Shown here in pieces: positions 1 through 13,900 of a stretch of DNA of 64,000 nucleotides. The translations under genes and the position numbers were made by a program. Source of the DNA: Adineta vaga (Eukaryota > Animalia > Rotifera); assembly GCA_021613535.1 (NCBI GenBank), contig CP075492.1, forward strand, positions 3,286,001 through 3,350,000, written 5' to 3'. The notes under the pieces are model-generated. The model did not search any database and had not been told where the DNA came from. It saw only the letters and a list, made by a program, of their open reading frames with translations. Every line of letters begins with the position of its first letter. The first letter of the stretch is position 1.

Positions 1-370
1 GATCTACTTTATGTTCTGTTTATTAACCCACTTTGATAGCATTGAATTTGAACTATATAAACAAGTGAGTTAATCCGTATCTATCAAAATGTATCAAACA
101 AAAGAAAGATTTTTAACTAGATTTTGATGGTATAAAAATAGTAAAACAATGAATGATCTATGTCAATTTTAAAAGTATATCTTTATATTGCGCCATAAAG
201 AACAGACATGTTTGCATATTTCTTGTCGTATTTTTAGAAATAAAATGTTTTATTACTCTACTATCGACCAATAGAATTTTATGTCATAATAATTCATAGA
301 ATTCATGAGGTACGTCTCGCTACCTCCATCGTTTGTTTGCACAGAAACGAGCTACTAAAATTTCTGTTCT

Positions 371-1135
371 ATGGCTAGTGAAGTTCTTCATCTTCAAATT
401 GGCTCAAAAGGTATTGAAATTGGAAATTATTTCTGGGAATTATATTGTCTTGAACATAATTTATCTACCGATGGATGTTTACAAAATGATTTAAATTCAA
501 ATATTGATCCTCCTCAATGCTGTTTCTCTGAACGAAATGATTGTAATAAAAGAAATTATCGTCCATATACATCTTTTATTGACCATAATTCAACTACAAT
601 TGAGAAAGTGGAAAACAAGCAAAATGAACAACTTGTATAATGATAATCAATTTCTCGTATTAGTCAATTCTTCTGATTCAATTATGGATAAAATTCAACA
701 TGAAATAGAATCTTATGATAAATTTCAAGGTTTTATCTTTTCGCATTCTGCATATAAAGAATATGAAAATTTATCATCGAAACTTTTAATAAATCTTAAA
801 TCTGAATATTCAAATAAAATAATTTTATCAAATACAATAATCGGATCATATATTGATAATCATACTATATCGGATCTATTGAATTATGTTGATATTATTA
901 TATATATGGAATACAAATCTATTTTTAATATATGTAAACATCAATTAGAAATTGAAACACCAACTGATGTTAATATAAATAAATTTATTGCTTTGTGTTG
1001 GAGTAATATAACATGTTCAATGAGATTTGATGGATGCGTTTATTAAAAAATCTAAATGAATTTCAAACAAGATTAATATACCTATTCCTTCATTAAAACT
1101 AATTTCATCATATTTATCACCATTAATTCCATATA
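371..1135 (+). pseudogene. Highly divergent alpha-tubulin-like gene, frameshifted and 3'-truncated
   Basis: EVLHLQIG..GIEIGNYFWELYCLEHNLSTDG and ITCSMRFDG..LNEFQT match alpha-tubulin. Frameshifts near 610 and 1043. The GGGTGSG signature is replaced by AYKEYEN. Similarity ends near 1135. Confidence 0.75.
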
Positions 1136-1366
1136 AATGTAGTCAAAAGAATGATCATCAGCCTTAAACTCACCCGCACCCACTTTGTTTTATATTGATA
1201 TTGAAAGAAAACTAGCGACATCAACTTAGATCGTTATTAGTGGATAGAAAAAGAAAAGAATAAGATATAACTAACATTCTATTTCTTTGTCCATATTCGT
1301 TGATATTTCTGTGTGATTTTTTTAATCATTTGTTGTAATATATAACAAAGGCAAAAAGAATTCATT

Positions 1367-2362
1367 ATGGCATCGTTTGATAGTTCGTCGATTGTTTATC
1401 GTTCTGTAGAAAAACACGAACAAAAGAAGGCATTAAATTTATGGTGTCCTATTTTTAATAATCATGTTGATTTAGAGGAACGCTACTTTTTACAGAATGC
1501 CTCACCACGTTATCAAGAAGGTGATACTCTGGGTGCTTGGTACAATGATGAATTAGTCAGTACAATACATATTCGACGATTTATATTACAATCAAGTGAA
1601 GACAATAAAGAATATTTATGTGCAGGTATCACCAATGTAGCTACTAGAATGGAATATCGAAGACACGGTCTATCTCGACATTTATTACAAATAGTTGTTG
1701 ATAAATTGGAGAAAAGTAATGAATTCGATATTTCAATATTAGGTACGAATAAGCCGAACCATTATGCATCTTTTGGATGGGAACAAGTACCTCAACCAAT
1801 TCGTATTATGATCGATTGGAAACTTCATACTTCATTGAATGAAATTATTCAATGGCGTTTAGCATCGGATCTTTCACATCAAGATATTGAACTTATGTTC
1901 AAGATTCATTCAGAAAATCCACGTTTCTATCAAATGAAACGATCTCCATCTACAGTATTTCATCATTGGGTCAAAGCGAGATGGAAAAATAATGCAGCTA
2001 TTGTCTGTTTATATGAACATGAACAAACTCAAGGCTATGTAGTGATTAGTAAACCTGATCGTGAACAAGATATATGCGTGTTAGAATGACGAGCATCTAA
2101 TCTAATTCTCGATCAAAAACTTTTATCTGTGGCAGCAACAGAAATTCGACAACGTTATGGATCAACAAAACCTATTCGTCTGTTTACATTACCACAACAT
2201 ATGACAGTTGATGAGTTAACTGAATGGGCTGGTCCTGTTCAGATTGATACGAATTATGAAATAATGGCGTGTAACATTCGACTATCTATTGATATCTATA
2301 AAAAGATCAGAATTTGTTTTTCTGATGGTCGTGCTGTTTTTTGGGCAGGTGATTATTTTTAA
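1367..2362 (+). CDS. Intronless GNAT (Eis-like) N-acetyltransferase interrupted by one in-frame TGA
   Basis: AcCoA-binding motif AGITNVATRMEYRRHGLS and HYASFGW. ORF 2129..2362 is in the same frame after TGA 2087-2089 (VLE*RASNL). Confidence 0.8.
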
Positions 2363-4008
2363 TAAGTTGGAAATAAAATGAATACTGATGAGAATAAAAC
2401 GAACTTTTCTATAATCTAAATCAAGTCGAAATGACATTTAGTTCACATCTAAACTTTGCTCTTTTTTTATTCTTCACAATCTTCTACATCATCTTTGTAA
2501 TGATATTCCACGAAGAATTCGAAATGATCCATCACATTGTATAGTACTCTTAGTCTATTGAATTTAATTGAATCTATGTAAAATTTATCGTTAATCATGC
2601 CACCACTATTGTATCAACTTACTCAAGATGGAGAAGATAACCTTACGGTATAATCTCTTGTAAGTATAACATCTTTTGAGAAGATTGAATTTGATTATCA
2701 ATATTTGTTTTATTTTATTATATTGAATGATAATTAGTGAATCAGAAAGACTTTTCATTGACACAAGTGTAAAAATCTATTATACCTAACACAATACATT
2801 CATATCTAAGATTGAAAGTTTTGTGTTTTACTTTAATTAAAGTAATTTCTATTACAAAAGTCTATACTCCATCCTTCTTCAATCACCGAAAAATAATGGA
2901 TACAGAAAAAAAGATCAATTTCTGCTCATTGTCTTTTAATGAAACACGTAAAAGTTTGTTATTTCAATAAATTTCCTCGTGATAAAATTCATTGATGCGT
3001 TTCACATATGCTCGAAATTGCAGACTTTCATTGAGTGCTACATCACAGTTTGAAAATTTGACTTGGTCGGACGAACTTTTGTATTTGAACCCATAGTATT
3101 TAACTGCTGTATAATCCTTTTTCTTTCAGAAAATGTCCCGTACGATTCACATATCAGTAAGGTATGCCGGTAGTGCATCGTGGAGAGAATATGATTACAA
3201 CCCATTGAAAAATTGTGTATAAGAAAAACTCGATTTATTCAAACATATTTCAATACTATTTGGGATGAAAATTTTTTGATAACTTTTATAATTTAGTATA
3301 AAACTCACAATATTATCTGTCTGAAAAAACATTTTGACATCTGCTCTCATCTAAGTAGTATAGAAAGAAAAAATGATAATCCTCTTATCAATGATTTATA
3401 AAAGAGATTTCAAAATCTTTTCTTCAGGTGCGATGTCACCGAACATTTCAATTAGGCCTTGAATTTGAACTGCATAGACATTCTTTCAACCTGTGACTTC
3501 AAAAATATAACTATATCCTATATAAAAAAAATAAGAAGTATAGATGTTTTTTCTTGACAAAAGAGACAAATTAACAGAAAAATCAGCGGTATTGTCCATG
3601 TTTATTACAAGTGTTATTAATTCATTTTTCATTCGAACAAGTATAATCATTCTCATAATGCTATGACAGAAAATATATGCTCTATGACTTCTCAAAGGAA
3701 AAGGCTTGGATATGTTAGTCAGTATAAATCTATATAGATACTGATGTAAAACACAGTATGATATTCAACTGCTGTAAGATTATTCTAAAATCATGATTTA
3801 TTACTTAATAAATTTAGCATCAAGAAAATATGACTTTATAATAGATGTTATTTATCACAAGGATTTATATGTCAACAGTGAGTTAATCGGATTAAATATA
3901 TGTGAACAAACAATGTTTATTGAACAGATCTAGTCATATAGTTAATCTTTTTCACATATTTCATCCTTTTTTTTTACTTCATATAGACATCATTCAGTCG
4001 GTAGGAAA

Positions 4009-5019
4009 ATGTCATCATCGTCGGATGCAAATCTCATTGCTTTGTTAAATAATATTTCTATTCAATTGAATCGTTATTTAGCAATTTCAATCTTATTCTT
4101 TGGTGTTATTGGTAATATTCTCAATACACTTGTTCTCTTACAACGACCTCTTCGTTCAAATCCTTGTGCATGGTGTTTTCTCGTTTCATCAATTGCCTAT
4201 CTCATTAGTATTTTTTGTGGTCTTGGTCCACGAATTTCATCTACTTGGAACGCTGAAATTACAGATACAAATCAAATTCTTTGTAAACTTCGTATTTTTA
4301 TCTATTTCACTTCAACAACGATTGCATTTTGGCATATCTTACTGGCTACGATCGATCGATGGCTTTCTTCAAACGTCAATGTTAATCGTCGACAAAAAAG
4401 TACATTAAAAAATGCACAACGTAACACGATTATCGTAATCATTCTATCAGTTCTTATTGAAATACAACAGATCTTTTGCTACGAAGCCAATCTTACTAAT
4501 ACGCCACTTAAATGTTATTCAAAGACAGTTACATGTGGCATTATATCAGACATATTCTTTGCTTTTGTTACTGTTCTTTTTCCATTATCATTGATGTTCA
4601 TCTTTAGTTTATTGATCATCTCAAACGTTCGTCAAACAAAAGCTCGTTTACAACCAATACACGATAGTCGTATTGATCAAAATACATCAATTGATAATAA
4701 TAATAATCGTTTGAATCAACAAAAGAAAACAGATCGTCAATTATTATTTATGCTTCTTCCTCAAATTTTACTCATTCTTGTATTTACTCTTCCGTTTGCT
4801 TTATCTAAACTTTACGCAACAATAACTCGAAATATAGTGAAATCAACATTACAAAATACAATTGAAAACTTCATATTTGGTATATTTCTTCTTTTTTTAA
4901 ACATCGCTTCTGGTATGCCATTTTATATTTACACATTGAGTGGAAGAAGTGTATTTCGAAAAGCTCTATTGGATTTGATGAAAACATTTAATCAAAAAAT
5001 ATGTTGTCGTTGTCACTAA
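4009..5019 (+). CDS. Rhodopsin-like orphan GPCR, intronless
   Basis: Seven hydrophobic segments, GNILN in TM1, TIDRW (DRY-like), PFYIY in TM7. Confidence 0.9.
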   Translation: MSSSSDANLIALLNNISIQLNRYLAISILFFGVIGNILNTLVLLQRPLRSNPCAWCFLVSSIAYLISIFCGLGPRISSTWNAEITDTNQILCKLRIFIYFTSTTIAFWHILLATIDRWLSSNVNVNRRQKSTLKNAQRNTIIVIILSVLIEIQQIFCYEANLTNTPLKCYSKTVTCGIISDIFFAFVTVLFPLSLMFIFSLLIISNVRQTKARLQPIHDSRIDQNTSIDNNNNRLNQQKKTDRQLLFMLLPQILLILVFTLPFALSKLYATITRNIVKSTLQNTIENFIFGIFLLFLNIASGMPFYIYTLSGRSVFRKALLDLMKTFNQKICCRCH

Positions 5020-5099
5020 TTTTTCTAAATTCACCAATAAAAAGATTATTATAGTACTAAATTGTTTTTTTTCAGTAGTAAAATAATATCCAATACAAA

Positions 5100-5164
5100 A
5101 TCTTGAGGGTGCCGATGTAAGTTGAGTTGAATATGAATTGATCATTCATCCTGACCCTCAAGAT
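5100..5164. repeat. Telomere-like palindromic element (perfect 11-bp arms)
   Basis: ATCTTGAGGGT at 5100-5110 and ACCCTCAAGAT at 5154-5164. Confidence 0.8.
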
Positions 5165-7234
5165 AAATCTTCTAATGATTGATTAATTTTCAACGATTGA
5201 TAAAAGTTCGAAACTATACTGTAAGGAGACGTTAAGTGTTTCAAAACGAAGTCTTCCCATTGTCTTGTTCATCACTAAAGCTTTTACAATATATTCCATT
5301 AAAGCGTCATCGCAACCATAATGAGATACAATACCGATAGGGTTCGATTGATTTTCAACATATCTCCGATCACTCTGATGCATCTTCGTTCAGATCTTCC
5401 CGTTGTGGTAGAAAAATATCTAATCTGACAATGCCAACTGAATTTGTCTGAAGATTTATCACATGCAATTAAAGGATGACTTCCGTTGCGATCATATGAC
5501 TATAATCAGCATGGAATGCTTTAAAACTGTCGTTATCAATTTGAATTCGAATTCGTGAACAAGTCCATGTACATGTTATATATAGTTTTCTCTTTAAACT
5601 CGTTCGAGTTTTGTTCTCAATTTTTTCGTATTCGCTTGCTATTACAACAAATGGACATGTGAAACTATGTTTTGGTATTTCTTTATAGATAAACATTGCT
5701 TGATCATGATTACATCACCAGAAGTTAGTTTTTGTCAGAAATACTTGCTATTGAATTAGTTATTATATATTTGGATCGACTACGATAATGATCTTCTATG
5801 GAAAAGATTAGAAAACGGCATATACATGATTATTTATGTTTGTTATATGACTATGTTTTCACACGATTGGGTGTAAATTCTGTATCCCATTTTAAGAGAA
5901 TTAGTATCTTTCAAGATATATAAATATGATGTTTGAGGATTCATTTCGATTAATCTATCGTTTATTTCAAGCATATTTGAAGAAACCAATACGATATAAC
6001 ATGCAAACAATATTATTTTCAGTTATTTTTTGTATTATTCGTTTGTTTCTGAACATAGTGAGGAAGATATTGGTACACGTGCAAGACAAATAAGGTCAAG
6101 ACGCCAATGTGTCTACGTGATTATGATGGACGTCGTTTTTGTCGTCATTTATTCAATTAATTTCACTTAAAATATTCAATTATTCATTCATATTTTGTTT
6201 CTTTAAAATAAATATTCAAAACACATCACATGTCACTTGTTCATAGCCTATATGATCGCTTTCTTAGTCACCAAATGTCATTAACTGCTTGATTATTCTA
6301 TTAAATAAATAAATCGATCATATTAGATAAATCGTTGTTGTTGAAGATCTCCTTCTCTATTCTCATTACACTCGAGTACATAATCTTCGCCGAATGCGAA
6401 GTAGGATGTGTATTAGCGTCAGTAGATGACTCCACATGAAATTAACTTTGGATTGCTTTTCATCTGTATTCTACTAATTATTTTCTAACTAAGTAAGTCA
6501 TTTTATCAATGAGTTAATTAAACAGTATATTCTGTATATCTAATACGATAGAACTAGACAACTCCCCCAGATGACTAATTTCTTCGTCAATTCTATGTGA
6601 AACTTTGATAAATTTGGCATCGAAAATGAATCTGATAGATAGTAATCTTCTTAAATCAACATCTTTTTGATTTTTCTTTCGATCACAAAGATCGGTTAAA
6701 GATTCAAATACATTCATCTTCGTAATAATATTAGTTTATATCCTTTTCTTTATTCTATACACGTGGAAAAAAAGTAATAGTGCGTTGTTAAAAATATACA
6801 ATCGGTATACTTTTTTATTTTTAGGTCAATGCAAATATTATGCTCCGCAAGCAAGCATCATAAATGAAAGTAAGGTATAAAAATTTTCTAGTTTGTTTAC
6901 GATAATATTGCTTTTTCATACAAAGAAAACATCAGTCATTCTTTTAATATACATTTTCGTACTCATTCACTTACTATAAAGATATAATAATATCATAATA
7001 TCGGATCCAATCGGATGAGATATACGTATTATTTTCAACTCAGATCTGCATTCCCATTCATTGCTTTTCACTGTGCACCCGCACTTTTCAAACAACAATA
7101 TCGATCATATTCGTAACTGAACTCATATTCTTCATTTATTTTAGTCACAAAATCACTATAACAGATGAACATATTAATAGAGAACGATAATCCACCCTTC
7201 ATTAGAGTCTCCAGGACAGGTCTTTTACTGTCGT

Positions 7235-9774
7235 ATGTTACATTATTGTCTTAAGACTGTGAACACATTAAGGTTACTGGAGTTTCATCTTATTAGGAAA
7301 TCGTTTCCATTTTCAGTCTTATACTGTTTACTCTTTATGATCGGTTTGATCGTAGGAATTGTTGTGATACTTAGTTTAATTCCTACGTATTTATCAACAA
7401 AAAATTTAGCTGGTATTAACACTAATTCATGTAAATCTGTCATCGTCTTTTTTCATTAGTGTAATTTAGACATAAAGCAATTTATTTTAGTTACCGTTTC
7501 ATTGGCTATCATCTATAAGACTAGTTTTAAAAGTATCGATTCATCATCGATTCCAAATCAAAATCTTTTAGTCATGAATATATATTGCTCTTTTGTTTTT
7601 ATTGTTGTAGTTGATGAAAGAATATCCACTAACATATGTCAATGTTTTCAACATGAAATTTATTTCAACGTCTTTAATGAGTTTTGGTAAAACACGACGA
7701 GAGACTGCGTAAGAATATGTTCAATGTTATCGAAGTAGATATTTTATGGGTACTTTTGCTTTGTAGATCAACGAACGATCCATGCATTATTGATTCAAGT
7801 ACAGCAAATGATTTAATGTCTATGAATGTTTTGATCGAATATCGATCTTCATGTCATCCGATTTTTTGTCAAAAGAAGTTTAACGAAACAGTTGAACGTA
7901 TCATGGAAACTCTAAAATTGAATATAACTTTACCCGTTACATTGACTAATAGTTCAATAGTTACTGTTCAATTAGTCTTCTGCTCATTTGCTCATATTCA
8001 ATCAGGTGAATAATGAACTTGAAAGATATTTGAAAAGGAAAGAGTAAAATTGTAACCTTCGAAAACTATAGGTTTCTAATTTAGTACTGGTAGAAAACCG
8101 TTCTCTGTAAATAAGTCAATCAAATGTGAACAGCAAGAATTCAGTTGATACGATAAATCGATGTAGTAGTTACTTAAAGAATTCTTTACTTCTGAATCCT
8201 ATTGGATGAACAGTGTTAGTTTCTAACTGTTGTTAATAGGTCTAAAATTGTAGGTTTAGCAATAGTTAATTTTTGCATGTCACTGTATGTTTCTATGAGA
8301 AGAATGTTATGCTTTGTTAAATGGCCAAATATTCAATTGAAATACATTTTATTTAAGAGACAACAGCTACAAAAACCACTACGACAACTACCACTACCAC
8401 TACTACTACTCCAAGTACGTAAATAGTTTTCACTATAGCTAGCAAAACATAATGTTTGAAGATTGTTGATAGAAATAATTATATTTCAATGTTGTTCTTC
8501 TCAAGAAAAAAGCTTTTCAGTACATTTTCTTTGCGACTAAAATATGGAACTTCTATAGTCTATTTTTGATGATATAGTCTGTTTGTAATGTGATCGTATT
8601 GATAAAGGAGTTTTTTTTTCCAATAGGGATCTATCTGTAATAAAGAAATACAAACAGATTTGTATATTTGATATGTATAGTTAGGATCTTTTGTATTGAA
8701 TGAAATGTTTAATTCATTTGTCTTCCTCTTAGTTTTTCAACCAATGGTTGCATACACAACTGGTGCAAACTCTGGACCATATGGTATAAGCTCTGGCTAT
8801 TTCGATGCTGATTCTTTCAAAGATCTTATTGTAGTCAACAAAAAGAGTGGAAATGTAGTCTTTCTTTCTGGAAAAACTGGTGGAACTTTCAATTCACCAG
8901 TATCGATTCTAAATAGTCTATCAACTCCTTATGATGTTACCGCTGGTTATTTCGATAGTAATTCTTACTTAGATATTGTCGTTTCCAGTCATAATGATAA
9001 AAAGCTAAAAATTTTACTCGGCAATAGTGATGGAACTTTTCAATTGCCGACAGATTACGCTATTGATTTTCCAACGTCTACCGCAATTGGTGATTTTGAT
9101 GGTGATGGTGACAGTAAAGTAGACCTTGTAGCTACTGCCTTTTTTCAGCGACAGTGTGCGTTTTGAAAGGCAACGGCAATGGAGGCTTTGGAACGCCACA
9201 GCCTTATTCGATTGATACAAAACCATTTTGGTTCACAATTAATGATTTCAACAACGATGGTAAAAAAGATATTGCAATTGCCAACTCAGCTCCGGGCAAC
9301 GTAAATGTTCTTCTCGGCCAGAACAGTGGGACGTTTGAACCAGTTACAGCATACAACATCGGTACCAATACAAATTCAATTGCAAGTGGCGATTTTAATG
9401 TCGATAAGAATGTGGATCTTGCAACCATTGCTTATAATCCTCCTGATGTGAGCGTACTAAACGGCGATGGAACTGGACATTTCGCAACACCTGTGTATTA
9501 TCCAACAGATGAGGACTCTAATCCTCATTCGATTGCTGTCGGTGATTTCAATCGTGATGGTGCATTAGACCTTGTCGTTGCCAACTTTAGTACTGATGAG
9601 CTAGTTCTTCTTATTGGCCGTGGTGATGGGACTTTCACATCTCAGAAATCGTGTAAAACTGGCCTCGGCCCATTTACGATGATTGTCGACGACTTAAACA
9701 ACGATAATAAACCGGATCTTATCGTTACTAATTCTGAGGACATTACTGTGGGAATTTTTTTAAATATTTTCTAA
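7235..9774 (+). CDS. Multi-exon membrane-anchored FG-GAP/VCBS repeat protein, one frameshift near 9145
   Basis: TM segment ending SLIPTYL, Thr-rich exon ~8358-8414, terminal exon 8733-9774 with repeated GDFN.DG..DL.VAN motifs. Adding one T to the T6 run at 9140-9145 joins the two ORFs (TAFFSATVCVLKG). The 5' exon structure is uncertain. Confidence 0.75.
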
Positions 9775-10903
9775 ACTTATACAACGCGCTCGTTCATTCG
9801 AACTGCACATTCTCTGTTATTCAGTATGGCTACTCATGGATTTTAACATTCAAAACACTTTTGTTTCATCAATCTATTTTATTGAGTTGACAGTGGTTGT
9901 AAGAGCCTTGAATCTAGATTCATATCCTCAAGATTATTTTGATCATACTTGTAAAGTCCATAAAGATTTTTTTCGATTGATAACAGAGAAGTGAAAACCG
10001 GTTGGTTCTCTTATAAAAAAATAATAATAGTTTGAAAAAATATAATAGAACGCCCAGTTGTATTCTTCTAGAGAAATCTGTGACCATATTCTATAATATC
10101 AATGAAAAAAACTACTATCAACGTCATGACCTAATTACTATTTTCATCGTCCTTTTTTGTGACCCCAATTAGTAAAAAGTGCATTCGTCATTATTATCAT
10201 TGTTATTTACGCTAGCAATATGGTACTTTTCAAAAAGAAGAACAGATGGTATTGATGGATTTTTTTGAAAAAAAATGTCCTTATTCAACTTTTCGCCCTT
10301 TTATTCAATCAAAGATATGCATTCATAAATCCATATCAACGATAAGAAATAGATGGCTTCTTTTTATTAATTAGTTAAATTTTTATAATAATTTCCAAAA
10401 TCCCTTCAAATGGACTATACATTTTCAATGCGTTTACATACCCGTTCTTCTTCTATCTGTAGTCTACAGAAACAAATCTGTACAAGCATATAAACTTTTT
10501 TTTTTCTAACTAAAGCATATGCTTCTCATTATCTGTGTGGATTGTTGTTTACGCGTCTTTTCATTCAAATTGCTCAATAGCATTTTTATAAGAGTATCAA
10601 ATAGATTGTTAATAAAGAACAACTAAAAATCTCAGATAATTATAACAAAGCCAACTGTGACCATTTTGTTCTTTCAAAAGTATGATAAACATTATATTCT
10701 ATTCAGAATCTGGGTTAATGACGAATGCACTTTTACTTAATAGTATGTGTTAAGAACACAATATGATACAATAATTTCTTTTATTATAAGTTAAAAAAAA
10801 TATTGATGACGACAGCACATTTAAAACAGCCCGCATATAAAAATGAGAGAGATTCGAAAAGCATTCACAATATTTTCCATTTTTGATCGCTTCCAAACCA
10901 AAA

Positions 10904-13900
10904 ATGTCTCCATACAAACTTGCTTTTGTGACAATTCTGGTTATGACCAGCTTCCTCAACATCAATGCTACTGCCACAGCAAGTAAGCTTCTTTGCGATT
11001 AACGGTCATTCTTAATTGTTCTCCCATAAAAATGTGAATCTTTTTTTATCTAGAATCTACAGCAGTCGCTGCAGTTCAATCACATGCGTGCTCATCAACA
11101 GACTCCAAAACTATCAAAGGTACAATGGTAATCAAGAACGGTGATAGAACATCACTCACTGCTCAAAAAGACACCATTTCAAAGACGTTGACTGATCAGG
11201 TTCGATCCGGATCTTCATCGAATGCAAAATCAGAAGCATCCATCGACCAAGTTACTGAATTGGAGAATGGTGATCTCCAAGTGTCATATACATGTTCGGG
11301 TGTCAGTGATCATGATTCTGCACAAAAATCATTGAAGACTGCGTGCAGTGGTGACACAGTAAAACAAACTGTTGCAAAATGTTCGCACTCAAATGGTCAA
11401 AGCTCAAAGGCCACTCAAAATGAAGCACAAACATCTGCTACTGCTAAGAAGGCCACAGAAGCAGCGACCACCGCCAACGGTAAGTAACTTCTAAGATACA
11501 TGTACAAGAATGAATCATAATTCCTAACAACTCCAATGATAAATAAATCAACCACACCCCATTTATTCATTTCTAGTAGCAACACAAAAACAAACAACAA
11601 AACAAGCCGAACAACAAGACAGTAAGAGTGTCTTCTTATTAATTTCTTTCATTCACGTTTGACGTTCACCTTTATTGTAGAATCAACAGCTGCAGTTCAA
11701 TCTCATGATTGTTCATCAACAGATTCGAAAACAATCAAAGGTACAATGGTAATCAAGAACGGTGATAGAACATCACTCACTGCTCAAAAAGATACCATTT
11801 CAAAGACATTGACTGATCAGGTTCGATCCGGATCTTCATCGAATGGCAAATCGGAAGCATCGATTGATCAAGTTACTGAATTGGAGAATGGTGATCTCCA
11901 AGTGTCATATACATGTTCGGGTGTCAGTGATCATGATTCTGCACAAAAATCATTGAAGACAGCGTGCAGTGGTGACACAGTAAAACAAACCGTTGCGAAA
12001 TGCTCACACTCAAATGGTCAAAGCTCAAAAGCCACTCAAAATGAAGTACAAACATCAGCTCCAGTTAAGAAGGCAGCACAATCTGGAGCTACCGGTAAGA
12101 TAAAAGTGTCTAAACTATAATTATGGATGCGCCGATTTGTTTATCGAAAAATAGAAGTATACATCATATTAACGTAAGATAGATCTAAAGCTGGATTATC
12201 ATGAGTCTAGCAGATACGCTAACTGTTTTAATCTGATGGTACAATAGTGTGAAAGTATGTGTACGAGAAAGTCCAATCATAGCAAAGCAGACATCTACAT
12301 AAGTTTAGCTGCTAGTCAAAATAGCGAGTGAAAGAGTAATTCAGAATGTGTTGGTTGTAAACAGAATATAGTGTCAGAAGCAACAAATATACTTATAATG
12401 AACTGCGCAACCTGTGAATATGAACTCTGAGCTTAGGCACTTTCTTTCACCGACCACTTAATTAATAACATCGGATAGGAAGCATCGATTCAATACATCA
12501 TACAATGCCAATATACTGCTATTATCAAAGATGCTTTAGTTAAATTCATAATGATAGCTCACAGCCAAAAGAGTTTTCATATTCTACCGTGGATGAAAAA
12601 ACAGCGACCACTTCCTTTCACTAAAAGCGATAGAGATCATACAACATCCGGCAGTTAGATCATGCTATGTAAAACAGAAAATGAATTATCGAGATGATTC
12701 TAGACACATAACATACTCTAGAACACACTATTCATCACGTATTATCACTCTTCACTAGCATCTCAACCTCAGAGTACTCAACACGTTTCTATGACCACAC
12801 ACCAAGCCACTGAGAGCGCAAAACAAAATCCAACTACATCTCATTCAAACCAAGTGTCCACACATGAACCTGAAGCTAACACAAAACAGCAGCCTTCCAA
12901 ATCTACTTCTGAACACGCTACATCTCATGCCAGTGAAGCATCGGAAAAACAAGCCACCAAATCCGTTCCTGAACACGCGACATCTCATGCCAATCAAGCG
13001 CCAACACAACAAGTCAGCAAATCCGCTTCCGAGCATGCTACCTCGCATGCTAGTGAAGCACCAACCCAACAAGCCACCAAATCTGCTCCTGAACATGCTA
13101 CATCTCATGCCAGTCAAGCGCCAACACAACAAGTCAGCAAATCTGCTGCTGAACATGCTACATCTCATGCCAGTGAAGCATCGAAAAAACAAGCCACCAA
13201 ATCCGCTTCTGAACATATTACGTCTCACGCGACTGGCGCATTGGCACATGTCCCAACTAAACAAGGCCCTAAATCTACTTCCGAACAAGTTACTTCTCAT
13301 CCAAACCATGTATCGACACACGCATCAGTGAAAACGGATGCTACCACTCATGCAGAGATGGATCATATAAAGGATCATGAAGAACAATCACATGATGAGC
13401 ATCAAACAACTCATTCGAGCCATACATCTGAACATGAAAACGCAAGCCATGAAGAGCATCGAACTACCAAAGCCAACTCTGAACACGACACCACACTAAA
13501 ATCACATCAACATCGTGACGAGCTTGATGACCATACAGATTCTGTCCACGGCAGTACTCATTCGAGTCTTTCGTCTACATCCAAACCACAACACAATAGT
13601 AACTCAAATGGTGAACATGCATCAACGGGTAAACCCGAACATGAAGGTAAATCAGATGGAGAACATGGATCAACTGACAAACCACAACATGAAAGTAAAT
13701 CAACTGGTGAACATGAATCAACTGGCAAGCCAGAACACGATGGTAAATCAGATGGAGAACAGGGATCCACTCATAAACCGCAACACGAAGGTAAATCAAA
13801 TGAAGAACATGGATCAACTGGCAAACCACAACATGAAAGTAAACCTCACGGAGAACATGAATCAACTGGTAAGCCAGATCACGAAGGTAAATCTCACGGA

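Noticed and set aside
3000-3330. Possible DNA-transposon internal fragment
   Set aside because: No termini or second copy in the window.
5180-5750. Minus-strand coding-like remnant
   Set aside because: Multiple stops and no family I can recognise.
9140-9160. Programmed frameshift in the FG-GAP gene
   Set aside because: A one-base loss in a T6 run explains it, and no stimulatory structure is evident.
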